Positions 17,877-27,418 of a DNA stretch of 64,000 bases are shown here, one piece after another (the stretch's first letter is position 1; each line of letters begins with the position of its first letter). The stretch is from Longimicrobiales bacterium (lineage in GTDB: Bacteria; Gemmatimonadota; Gemmatimonadetes; Longimicrobiales; Gaopeijiaceae), in contig CBDFIQ010000002.1 in assembly GCA_965248195.1 (NCBI GenBank), forward strand, positions 480,001-544,000. Direction: 5' to 3'. The position numbers and the translations under genes were made by a program. The notes beneath the pieces are model-generated. The model was given only the letters and a program-made list of their open reading frames with translations. It made no database searches and was not told where the DNA came from.

Positions 17877-19298
17877 CTAAGGAAGGCGCCGTACCGCGAG
17901 GGCATGCGGATCGGCCATCTGCCGGCCGAGGAATTCGTTGGAAAACGGCACGATTCCCAGCAGTTCACCGCTCCTTCCAGCTTCGTCCACCCGGATGATT
18001 CCGAGTCCTGGAGTGGTCCCGTGGGCGTTGTGGGGGTCTCCGAAGATTGGGGTTGGACCGCGAAAGGTCGTGAAGACTCTATCCCCCGCGGGGGAAACAG
18101 TGAGCTGGTTGGGAGCAGGGCGTTCTGTAAACGGCCCCGTCAAGGTCACGGTGTTCACCCACTCCCCCCCGGGGAGTTCCAGCACCTCGATCACATCGAT
18201 ATGGCGGTCGACGACCCACAGGTAACGTGTACCCGGGATGACCACCATTGCCTGCGAGTCCCGCTCGCCATCGGGAGCGAAGACAAGATCGGGGGCAGGA
18301 ACGTTGGGTTCGCTCCCCGACTCGTAGCCGACAAGCGGGAAGCGATAGACCTCGAACCTGTGACTGTGAGGATACGGTAGGCCGCCCACCACCCACGCCC
18401 TGCCGACGGCTCCGGAGTTCAGGAACATGTGTCCACCGGCTTGGATCCCCCCGCAGCCGCCTTCCTTCACCATTTGCCGGTCGTATTCCGCCACGATGGA
18501 CATGGGAGTCATTCGAGCGTCCACGACGAAGAGGCCCCCGCCTCGAAGCGTGACCCAGGTGTATCGACTCTGGGCGTCAATGAAGAGGCAGACCGGCGCG
18601 TTGTCCGGTCGGAACTCTTCGGATTCCCTACGACGACCTGCAGGGGTCGTTCCCGTGGCGAGGTCCAGCGTTGCCGTGCTGTCGTGAATGAACTTGTTGG
18701 TCTCGAAATCTGTGTCTATGCGCTCGAGAAGCTTCCCGTCCTTGTTCGAAACGACCACGTAGCTTCCATCCGGAGCAGGGGCGGCCGAACGAGCCTGGCG
18801 TGCTCCTCCACGCCCGAGCGACATTCTGAAACACTCCAGCGGAGCGCGGGACTCGGCGTCGAGAATCGCCACGTGACCGCTCTGCAAGAAGGAGAGCACG
18901 GCATGGCTGCCTTCCCGATTGAAGGACAGCATGTGGGGTCGAACGGGGGCCGCCCCGGTCGCGTCCCTGCAAAGATCGGCGGTCTCTGCGCCGAGGTCCA
19001 CTCGGTTGATGGGAACCGCAGTTCCCGGGTTCTGGCCCGTGAGATCCGCTCCCTGAAATATCTGGATCGTGCCGCCGAAACCGTCTAGGTGGTTGCTGTC
19101 AGATTGGTCTACGACCCAAACCTCGTAGGTGACTTCCCCGTCGGCGCGCTCGACCAACGACTCCGTTTCCCGGGCAACTTCGTCCGCGGCCCCGCACCCA
19201 CCAACCGAGGCAAGGAAGAGGGGGGCAAGGAGGAGTGCAGCGGCTTGGCGGATGCCGCGCCGGAGGGAGCGGCAAAGGGAGTAGTGTGGAAACGCCAT
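17877..19298 (-). CDS. beta-propeller lipoprotein (YncE/YVTN-like)
   Basis: GGC lipobox; YEVWVVDQS, RPHMLSF, PDNAPVC, TLRGGGLFVVD, ADPHALAVR; start uncertain. Confidence 0.7.
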   Translation of the reverse strand: MAFPHYSLCRSLRRGIRQAAALLLAPLFLASVGGCGAADEVARETESLVERADGEVTYEVWVVDQSDSNHLDGFGGTIQIFQGADLTGQNPGTAVPINRVDLGAETADLCRDATGAAPVRPHMLSFNREGSHAVLSFLQSGHVAILDAESRAPLECFRMSLGRGGARQARSAAPAPDGSYVVVSNKDGKLLERIDTDFETNKFIHDSTATLDLATGTTPAGRRRESEEFRPDNAPVCLFIDAQSRYTWVTLRGGGLFVVDARMTPMSIVAEYDRQMVKEGGCGGIQAGGHMFLNSGAVGRAWVVGGLPYPHSHRFEVYRFPLVGYESGSEPNVPAPDLVFAPDGERDSQAMVVIPGTRYLWVVDRHIDVIEVLELPGGEWVNTVTLTGPFTERPAPNQLTVSPAGDRVFTTFRGPTPIFGDPHNAHGTTPGLGIIRVDEAGRSGELLGIVPFSNEFLGRQMADPHALAVRRLP

Positions 19299-19646
19299 CG
19301 ACGTTCTGCAAGAAGCGACGGGAATCGGGCTGGACGCGAAACCGGTGAAGGCGAAAGATGTAAACATCCACAAAGATCCCTTGGCATCTCGGGCCTGTCC
19401 AGTCCTATCGTTGGTCCCACGTCCATGCAACGATGCATGCCCATGCCGATGCAACCGTGCAAATGTGGGTAAGGGCGGGTGGAATCCCGCAGGGCAGCCG
19501 CGTTCACATGGCCGCAGAGGAGCTTGACCGAGGGATTGAGAAGCCGTAGCGTGCATCCGTGAAGTTGTCCGCGTTCGGGCACGTTCACGGCCTGAACCAT
19601 CCCGGGTTCTCCCTCACCCAGCCGGATCGATGCTGGAGCACACGTC

Positions 19647-21863
19647 ATGTCGACTTCCCACACCACATGGAAAAAGACTTCCAGGGGCCTCTTCTCCCTA
19701 CTAGTCGCCGTTGGGGTGGGCGTCCCACAACAGGCTTCCCTACGTGCGCAGGGAGTGGATGAGGCCCCTCAGGCCGCCTACACCGCCGAACAGGCCGAGC
19801 TCGGCGCTCGGGCCTACCAAGCCGCATGCGCGGAATGTCACTTGTCAAACCTGCAAGGCTCATTCGAAGCATCGGAATTGGCGGGTCCCAACTTTCGAAG
19901 CGCGTGGGGCAACCGGCTGGTGGTAGAGCTCCTCGAGTACGCTCGTGCGACCATGCCCACGGACACGCCGGGATCCCTCAGTGACGAGGAGTACGCGTCG
20001 ATAGTCGCCTATCTTCTCGAGGAGAATGGGGTGGCCCCGAGCGAAAATCCCCTGACCTTCTCGTCCGTGGACCAGACGGTGTTCGTAGGCCAGGTCGGAG
20101 GGCTCGCCCGCCTGGCAGTCACATATCCTGTTCCCGGTCGCCCAGGTACCGCGCCGTCGCCGCAAGGGGTGAACCGTCCGCCGGAGACGGTGGGGGAGGT
20201 CACCGAAACCGCCACAAGCGTTACCGAGACCTACCGCCCGATAGAGCGCTTCTCCCCCGTATCCGACGACGACCTGGCAGACCCACCCGCCGAGGACTGG
20301 CTTCATTGGCGCGGAAACCCTGAATCTTGGGGCTATAGTCCGCTCTCACAGATCAACAGGGGGAATGTCCATCGGTTGCAGCTTGCTTGGAGCTGGGGGA
20401 TGAAGGAGGGGACCAGTCAGCAGGCTCCGCTGGTCCGGGACGGCGTGCTCTTCCTGAGCAACCCGGGGAACGTGATCCAGGCTCTGGACGCGACGGACGG
20501 ATCTCTTCTCTGGGAATACCGGCGCCAGTTTGCTGAGGGTAGGCGCGGGGGACAACTTCGGACGTTGGCCATCTGGGAGGACCTGATCTTCGTTGCCACC
20601 GGGGATGCATTCATGGTGGCCCTGGATGCGCGGAGCGGCCAGGTGCGGTGGGAAACCCAGATCGCGGATCCGGGGAGGGGCTATTCGAACAGCACGGGGC
20701 CGATCGTAGCCGACGGCAAGGTGATCAATGGGATCAACGGCTGTGGACGGTTCTACGAAGAGAGTTGCTTTATCACGGCTCACGACGCTCGGACGGGACG
20801 TGAGCTGTGGCGTACGTATACAATCGCGCCCCCTGGTGCACCCGGAGGGGAGACGTGGGGGGACTTGCCGCTCGAGCTGCGGGGTGGGGGGGATGTCTGG
20901 ATGACCGGAAGCTGGGATCCCGAGCTAGGGTTGGTCTATTTCGGAACGGCCCAGGCGAAACCCTGGGTGCCCGTGAGCCGTGGCCTCACGGCGGCCGACT
21001 CTGTTCTATATACGAGCTCGACGCTGGCCCTGGACGTCGACGACGGCCACATCGCCTGGTATTTCCAGCATGCTCCCGCCGAGTCTCTCGATATGGACGA
21101 GGCAATGGAGCGGGTCTTGATGGACGTGGATGGGCAGCCCCTCCTGATGACAATTGGCAAGCCCGGGATTCTCTGGAAGCTGGACCGAAGGAACGGAATG
21201 TTCCTGGGGCTGGCCGAGACAGTTCATCAGAACATCTGGGAAGTGGATTCGGAGCTAGGGGCGTTGAGGTATCGGGATGACATCGCGAATGTACGGATTG
21301 GCGAGTGGGTCTCCGTTTGCCCCTCTACGGCGGGCGGTCACAACTGGCAGGCGACCGGGTACGATCCGGCAAGGCAGCTGCTCGTTATTCCGCTGAGCCA
21401 AAGCTGTATGGAGCTCTCTCCGCGGGAAGTCGTTCTCGAGCCTGGCTCTGGCGGGAACGCGGGGGACCGGGTGTGGATGGAGATGCCCGGGACGGACGGA
21501 AACTTCGGAAAGCTGGCTGCCTACGATGTGGGAACGCTGGAGGAGGTCTGGAGTCTAGAGCAGCGGGCACCGTTACTTACCGCCGCCACCACCACCGCGG
21601 GCGGGCTGGTGTTCGTCGGTGACTTCGATCGCTGGATCCGAGCCTACGACGTCGAAACGGGCGAAGAGCTCTGGGGAACGCGGCTACCGACCTCAGTCAT
21701 GGGTTTCCCCATCAGCTACGAGGTGGATGGGGTGCAGTACGTGGCCGTGGCAACAGCAAGGGGGGGAGGAAGTCCGTGGCGGATCCCCACGTTCCTAACC
21801 CCGGAGCTCGTGGGCCCGGAGGGGCACAACGCTCTATACGTCTTCCGGCTGACCGAGCCGTGA
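19647..21863 (+). CDS. PQQ-dependent dehydrogenase with N-terminal cytochrome c domain
   Basis: [27 protein letters not shown] repeats, [24 protein letters not shown]. Confidence 0.9.
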   Translation: MSTSHTTWKKTSRGLFSLLVAVGVGVPQQASLRAQGVDEAPQAAYTAEQAELGARAYQAACAECHLSNLQGSFEASELAGPNFRSAWGNRLVVELLEYARATMPTDTPGSLSDEEYASIVAYLLEENGVAPSENPLTFSSVDQTVFVGQVGGLARLAVTYPVPGRPGTAPSPQGVNRPPETVGEVTETATSVTETYRPIERFSPVSDDDLADPPAEDWLHWRGNPESWGYSPLSQINRGNVHRLQLAWSWGMKEGTSQQAPLVRDGVLFLSNPGNVIQALDATDGSLLWEYRRQFAEGRRGGQLRTLAIWEDLIFVATGDAFMVALDARSGQVRWETQIADPGRGYSNSTGPIVADGKVINGINGCGRFYEESCFITAHDARTGRELWRTYTIAPPGAPGGETWGDLPLELRGGGDVWMTGSWDPELGLVYFGTAQAKPWVPVSRGLTAADSVLYTSSTLALDVDDGHIAWYFQHAPAESLDMDEAMERVLMDVDGQPLLMTIGKPGILWKLDRRNGMFLGLAETVHQNIWEVDSELGALRYRDDIANVRIGEWVSVCPSTAGGHNWQATGYDPARQLLVIPLSQSCMELSPREVVLEPGSGGNAGDRVWMEMPGTDGNFGKLAAYDVGTLEEVWSLEQRAPLLTAATTTAGGLVFVGDFDRWIRAYDVETGEELWGTRLPTSVMGFPISYEVDGVQYVAVATARGGGSPWRIPTFLTPELVGPEGHNALYVFRLTEP

Positions 21864-22066
21864 GTGTACCGTGAGCCGTACTAAACGTGTTATTACGTGT
21901 TATTAGTGGAAACTGTAACAGATAAGTGTCTAGCCGAGGGCTGTGGGAGTATCCTTCCTACTTGACTTGCCACTCTTGCCCGGCGCACACTCCATGACAT
22001 AGGTTGCCACATGTACGCCTGGAGCAAACTATACGCGTTGAGCGAGGGCATCTGAAAGGGGATCGG

Positions 22067-23488
22067 ATGATCAAGAACATGGCTGTTGGTCACCGTCTGT
22101 CGTGGTATGCGATTGGGATCGTGCTGGCATTGGCGATCATGGGGGTGGCGCCCGTCGAGGATCTGGCAGCGCAGCAGCAGGTCGACGCCCAGGTGACTTT
22201 CGCGAAGGACGTAGCACCGATCATGCAGCAGAAGTGTCAGACCTGCCACCGACCGGGCACGGCAGCGCCGATGTCGTTCCTTACCTACGATGAAGTGAGG
22301 CCATGGGCACCCATGATCAAGGTGAGGACCGGGAACCGCAGGATGCCGCCCTGGCCTATCGACATGGGCGTCGGGATCCAAGAATTCAAGAACGACATCT
22401 CGCTCTCCGACGAAGAGATTGCGACGATCGCGGCATGGGTCGATGGAGGCGCGCCTCTCGGTAATCTGGAGGACATGCCGGAGCCGGTTGACTTTCCAGA
22501 TCCCGCGGAGCGCCGCTGGGCGTACGAGGATGTTTATGGGCGGCCACCGGACCTAGTGGTTTCGTCTGAGCCCTACATGGTCCTCGCGAACGGTCTGAAC
22601 CAGTGGCCGAGTCCGGTTACGGAAGTGACAGGACTCGATGAGGAACGGTGGATCAGGGCTGTTGGGGTGCGCCCAGGAAGTATCGACGCCGCCCGTGTGT
22701 TCCATCACGCGAATCCGTCCCTGCTTCAAGACGGTGAACGCAACGCGCTCGTGCAGTCCGCGGTGGGAACCCAAGGGTACATCTATCCGGATGATGCCGG
22801 TATGCTGATCAAGCCGGGTTCGAGCGTCCGATTTGGGATGCACTTCTATCCCATCGATAGAGATATTGAGGGAGTTCTGGAGGTCGGGCTGTGGTTCTAT
22901 CCGAAGGGAGAGACCCCGCAGTTCGAGACTCCGGGCGAGGTTCTCTACGACATCGCCCAGAACACAGGCGCCGGCTTCGACGCGGGGGGCAGGCGCGGTG
23001 AGAGCACGGATCCCCAAATCGTGCGTCGAGGTGATCTCCTCATCCCCCCGAACAGCATGGCGACGTACCGAGGGGTCTACCTGATGGACCGGCCTGCTCG
23101 GATTCACAGCCTCCGCGGGCACATGCATCTGCGGGGGAAGTATCAGATCGTGGAGGCGATCTATCCTGACGGCCGTTGGGAGGTGATCAACAAGCTCGAT
23201 TGGGATCACCCGTGGCACACCGCGTTCCTTTATGAGGACCACGCGATGCCCCTGCTGCCCAAGGGCACCATTCTCATTCTGACCTCTGTCTTCGACAATA
23301 CCTCGGACAACCCCTACAACCCCGATCCTGAACAGTGGGTGGTCGCGGGCGCTCGGACAGCAGACGAAATGTCCCACCTGCGGTTTGGCATCACGTATTT
23401 CGACAACGAGGAAGACTTCGAAAGATTGGTCGCGGAGAGGGAAGATCAGCTGAGGGAGAGGAAGCTCGCTGCGGAGGACGGCGGATGA
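22067..23488 (+). CDS. cytochrome c fused to a copper type II (PHM/DBH-like) monooxygenase domain
   Basis: TFAKDVAPIMQQKCQTCHRPG, RMPPW; Cu-ligand pattern FHHA, MHFY, GHMHLRG, DEMSH. Confidence 0.82.
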   Translation: MIKNMAVGHRLSWYAIGIVLALAIMGVAPVEDLAAQQQVDAQVTFAKDVAPIMQQKCQTCHRPGTAAPMSFLTYDEVRPWAPMIKVRTGNRRMPPWPIDMGVGIQEFKNDISLSDEEIATIAAWVDGGAPLGNLEDMPEPVDFPDPAERRWAYEDVYGRPPDLVVSSEPYMVLANGLNQWPSPVTEVTGLDEERWIRAVGVRPGSIDAARVFHHANPSLLQDGERNALVQSAVGTQGYIYPDDAGMLIKPGSSVRFGMHFYPIDRDIEGVLEVGLWFYPKGETPQFETPGEVLYDIAQNTGAGFDAGGRRGESTDPQIVRRGDLLIPPNSMATYRGVYLMDRPARIHSLRGHMHLRGKYQIVEAIYPDGRWEVINKLDWDHPWHTAFLYEDHAMPLLPKGTILILTSVFDNTSDNPYNPDPEQWVVAGARTADEMSHLRFGITYFDNEEDFERLVAEREDQLRERKLAAEDGG

Positions 23489-23673
23489 TAGCGTCGGGGT
23501 GATAGGGTTCGGTGGTGCCGACCGTTGTTCGGGGTCAGAAAGCATGGGAAGTAAGAAGGTGTGGGCGCGTCCTCGGGCGCGCCCACAAACGTAACGACGT
23601 GCAGCTATCTCGGTCCGGATGACGCTGGTAGGACGCGGGTAGTCTGATTGGCGTCTTCCTTTCTTGGGAGAGA

Positions 23674-24525
23674 GTGATGATCTCACGGTATGGGATGCTG
23701 GTTGGGGGACTCGTACTTTGCGCGAGCCCCGCAACGCTCGATGCGCAAGGAGTCGAGAACGAGTTGGGGGGGATGGAGTGGAAGCTTCAAAACCTACGTC
23801 CTTCAGGCCAGCCGGTGATCCCTCTTTTCGACGGCTATCACCAGATCGAAGACGGTACGTACGATTTCTGCTTCGGGTACTTCAACATGAACCTGGATGA
23901 AGTGATCGATATCCCAATAGGAGAGGACAACTTCATCGAGCCCGCCCGCTTCGATGGGATGCAGCCGACACACTTTCTGCAGGTGCCGGAGAGGAACCGC
24001 CGGTACTTCTGTGTCTTTACGGTGAACGTGCCCCAGGAGTTCGCGGAAGGAGAAGAGCGGGTCGTCTGGACGCTGCGCTATGATGGCCAGAGCTACTCGG
24101 TGCCGGGCCACAAGGTGTCGGTCCACTACGTTTACGAGAATCTGGAGATGACTACAGGTCGGGTGGCGCCGGTGCTCCGGTTCGTAGAGCCCTCCAGCGG
24201 TGAAGGAAGAGGTCGGTCCGGGCCAAGTGCTGGACCTGTGACGACGAGGGTCAACGAACCGCTGCCGGTGACAATTTCGGTGACGCCCCCTGAAGGGATC
24301 GATCCAAAGGCGTGGCGGGTGCTGTGGTCCCAACATCAGGGACCCGGGCGGGTCACATTCAGCCCCGAGGAGACCCGGCTTGAGGAGGGTCAGACCGAGG
24401 CGACGACCGCGGCAACCTTCACCGAACCCGGGGAGTATCTCCTGCGCTTGCAGGCGGTGGACGGCGCCTTCTCGGACCACTGCTGCTGGACGAACGGGTT
24501 CGTGGAGGTCACAGTTACGCAGTAA
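23674..24525 (+). CDS. exported hypothetical protein with C-terminal PKD/Ig-like domain
   Basis: Signal peptide; GQPVIP.FDG, FGYFNMN, QPTHF, WSQHQGPGRVTF, ATFTEPGEYLLRL, vicinal CC. Confidence 0.75.
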   Translation: MMISRYGMLVGGLVLCASPATLDAQGVENELGGMEWKLQNLRPSGQPVIPLFDGYHQIEDGTYDFCFGYFNMNLDEVIDIPIGEDNFIEPARFDGMQPTHFLQVPERNRRYFCVFTVNVPQEFAEGEERVVWTLRYDGQSYSVPGHKVSVHYVYENLEMTTGRVAPVLRFVEPSSGEGRGRSGPSAGPVTTRVNEPLPVTISVTPPEGIDPKAWRVLWSQHQGPGRVTFSPEETRLEEGQTEATTAATFTEPGEYLLRLQAVDGAFSDHCCWTNGFVEVTVTQ

Positions 24526-24658
24526 GGTCTGCGCTGTGACTCACACCCTCCTGGCGTGAGACGAGGGTGAGGAACCTCGAGCACCACTTCCGACCGCCCA
24601 CTGCCGAGGGGCGTTGATGTATGGACAGCCACGAGCTCCAGAGAGGGAGTAGCAAACT

Positions 24659-25834
24659 GTGAAGCGACAGCGCGACCTGCTCCTCGGGGCGATCCTTCTT
24701 GCTCTGCTCCTCGGGCTTGGAGTGGGCCGTCGGCTCTTGAGCAGTGGCGAGGGGGAAATCACGCTGGATCTCCCGTTCGAAGGTGAAATCGAGTTCGATC
24801 CGCCCCCGGGACTTTCTTCCGACGAGCTAGCCAGTCTCTTCACCGATAATCAATACCTGATCCGCTTCATATGGCAATATGGACCGGAAGCCACCGTTCT
24901 CAAGGTCGCCGAAGCGGAGGAATATGTAGCAGTGGATTGTCATCACCGAGCCCACGAAGTGGGTCGGCTCGCCTACGCCTTGTTTGGAGCGCGGGCGCTT
25001 GCGTTCGCGGGTCATTGGTGCCAGGCGGGAGCGATGCACGGGGCGACAGAAGGCCTGCTGCTCGACCACGGGACGGACGACCTGGTTCATGACGTGGACG
25101 TGTTCTGCCAGTTCTCCCGGAACGGATTCTTCAGGCACCAGTGCCTCCACGGGATCGGGCACGGTCTGATGGCGTGGGTGGAGTACGATCTTCCCGAAGC
25201 CCTGGACCATTGCGACGTCCTGCCGGACGAGGAGGATCGAAACTCGTGCTTGTCGGGTGTATTCATGGAGAACGTTGATCGTGGGCTTTCCGGGGCCATC
25301 GAGCACCAGAGCCACTATCTGCGGGCCGACGATCCTCACTACCCTTGCACGATCCTGGAGGACAAGTATGTAGGTCCCTGCTACTTCTACCAGACATCGC
25401 ACATGTACGATGTCTTTGCGGGGGACTTCGGAGCCATCGCCAGGGAATGCGCGACGGTTCCGGAATTCGCACAGAGCATGTGCTTCCGAAGCATGGGTCG
25501 GGACGTTGGGAACCAGCTCAGAGGCCAGCCGAGGCGAGGGATCGAAGCGTGTGGGCTGGTGTCGAACAAGTCGCGCCGGTTGGACTGTCTGGAAGAGGCG
25601 GTGCAAGACCGATTCTGGGACAGGTCTGGTGCCGACGGAGCCCTGGAATTCTGCCGGCTCGTTCAGGGTGCCGACGAGAATGAGAGGTGCTATTGGAAGA
25701 TCGCTTGGCGAGCTAGTCAGCTCTTCGAAACGGAGGGGGAATTCAGAGAGTTTTGCAATAGCTTTGAAAGGGACTACCTATGGCTGTGCGAGTTCGTCCT
25801 CTTGCGGCAGGAAAGGGTCGACTGGCTCCGTTGA
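24659..25834 (+). CDS. membrane-anchored Cys/His-repeat protein of unknown function
   Basis: CHHRAHEVG, CQAGAMHG, CLHGIGHG, CLSGVFME and regularly spaced Cys in helical repeats. Confidence 0.75.
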   Translation: MKRQRDLLLGAILLALLLGLGVGRRLLSSGEGEITLDLPFEGEIEFDPPPGLSSDELASLFTDNQYLIRFIWQYGPEATVLKVAEAEEYVAVDCHHRAHEVGRLAYALFGARALAFAGHWCQAGAMHGATEGLLLDHGTDDLVHDVDVFCQFSRNGFFRHQCLHGIGHGLMAWVEYDLPEALDHCDVLPDEEDRNSCLSGVFMENVDRGLSGAIEHQSHYLRADDPHYPCTILEDKYVGPCYFYQTSHMYDVFAGDFGAIARECATVPEFAQSMCFRSMGRDVGNQLRGQPRRGIEACGLVSNKSRRLDCLEEAVQDRFWDRSGADGALEFCRLVQGADENERCYWKIAWRASQLFETEGEFREFCNSFERDYLWLCEFVLLRQERVDWLR

Positions 25835-25835
25835 G

Positions 25836-26047
25836 GGCTCTGGCCGATCAGGTCATCGCCCGCAGGAAAGTCGTGCTCCGTGAGGCATGGACCGCTCATC
25901 CCGAGCGCTTCGTCTCCGGTGAGCCAAAGCCTAAACCACTCCCGGAGGCCGTCTGGATCAATCCTCCAAGCCCCACCCTCACTACACAGGAGATTGCTCT
26001 TTAATTGATTTCCCCATTTGTCTCATTCGGGGGGTTGACAGGCTCCG
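25836..26047 (+). mobile_element. IS3-family 3' remnant (transposase tail plus right end)
   Basis: RRKVVLREAWTAHPERFVSGEPKPKPLPEAVWINPP* then TGTCTCA...GTTGACAGGCTCCG, resembling the end of this IS3 subgroup. Confidence 0.7.
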
Positions 26048-26146
26048 CTCAGGGTACATATCATGCCCTTTTCAGTAGTGCCGGGGGACCGCGGCACAGT
26101 GCCGTAGGCACCCCCGGACGGATCGACATTTCGGCCGGGAGGGCTG

Positions 26147-27358
26147 ATGGACCTGCGACGTGGATTGAGCATAGGTGTGGGTTTGGCAGTGCTAGCCGTT
26201 GCCGTGTGGCTCGGGCAACGGGCCCTTCAGGACGCCGAGGCGCAGATGGTGGAAGCGCCTTACTTCGAAGTCGATCCTTTTTGGCCGAAGCCCCTTCCGG
26301 ACAACTGGCGGATCGGATCGGCGATCGGTGTTTGGGCGGACGGCCAAGACAATATTTGGATCATTCACCGCAGCTCGGCGAGTCTGGGCAACAATGAGCG
26401 GGCGGCCGAACTTGATCCTCCGGATGGAGAATGCTGTGTTGGGGCTCCTCCGGTCTTAGCGTTCAATCAAGAGGGCGACCTGTTGCACGCCTGGGGCGGT
26501 CCTGGAGAGGGCTTTGATTGGCCCCAATCCAATCACGGGATCTTCGTGGATCACATGGGATACGTGTGGATCGGTGCGAACGGGGGAGGCGACTCTCATA
26601 TCCTCAAGTTCACGCAGGACGGCCAATTCCTCGCTCAGTACGGCAAGCCGGAAGCTAGGCAGACAGGCCCCGATGGAGCGTACGTGCCCGACAGCCACGA
26701 CCCGGAGAGCTTCGGTAGGCCTGCCAAGATCTTCGTGGATGCTGACGCCAACGAAACGTATGTGGCGGACGGATATTTCAATCGCAGGGTGGCGGTGCTC
26801 GATGCGAGCACCGGAGAGATGAAGCGCTATTGGGGCGCTTACGGCAATGAGCCCGATGACGACGCTGCCCGGAGTCTGGGTCCGCAGGGGATGGATGATC
26901 AAAACCCGCCTCAGCAGTTCCGGGGCCCCGTGCACTGCGTCATGGTTTCCAACGACGATCTCGTCTACGTCTGCGACCGGGGAGGCGACCGGGTCCAGGT
27001 CTTTCAGGAGGACGGCACGTTCGTTCAGGAAGCGTTTTTCGCGCCGTTCACCCTAAGGTCTGGCTCTGCCTGGGACCTTGCCTTCTCGAGTGATCCGGAA
27101 CAGCGGTATATCTTCATCGCGGACGGTGTGAATGAGAAGGTTCGCGTTGTCGAACGTGAGACGTTGGAGCTGGTGACGGAATTCGGTGGCGGTGGACGCC
27201 AACCAGGTCAGTGGTACGGCGTGCATAGCATTGCCTCGGATTCTCAGGGTAACCTATATACGACAGAGACCTACGAAGGTAAGAGGGTTCAGAGATTCGT
27301 ATATATGGGGATGCGGTCGGTGGCGCGGCAGCAGGGTGTTCCCTGGCCCAGCCAGTGA
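26147..27358 (+). CDS. NHL-repeat beta-propeller (PAL-like) protein
   Basis: FEVDPFWPKPLP, HGIFVD, YVADGYFNRRV, PVHCV, VYVCDR..DRVQVF, VHSIASDSQGNLYT. Confidence 0.85.
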   Translation: MDLRRGLSIGVGLAVLAVAVWLGQRALQDAEAQMVEAPYFEVDPFWPKPLPDNWRIGSAIGVWADGQDNIWIIHRSSASLGNNERAAELDPPDGECCVGAPPVLAFNQEGDLLHAWGGPGEGFDWPQSNHGIFVDHMGYVWIGANGGGDSHILKFTQDGQFLAQYGKPEARQTGPDGAYVPDSHDPESFGRPAKIFVDADANETYVADGYFNRRVAVLDASTGEMKRYWGAYGNEPDDDAARSLGPQGMDDQNPPQQFRGPVHCVMVSNDDLVYVCDRGGDRVQVFQEDGTFVQEAFFAPFTLRSGSAWDLAFSSDPEQRYIFIADGVNEKVRVVERETLELVTEFGGGGRQPGQWYGVHSIASDSQGNLYTTETYEGKRVQRFVYMGMRSVARQQGVPWPSQ

Positions 27359-27418
27359 AATTTCTGGTCGTAGAGTATCGTTGCGGAATTGATTCTTCCG
27401 ATCCATAAGGAGAGAACA

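Noticed and set aside
17845..17877. Tandem CTC(C)GGGAAAGCCCT duplication as a regulatory repeat
   Set aside because: Only two short copies at a convergent gene end; most likely local slippage with no further support.
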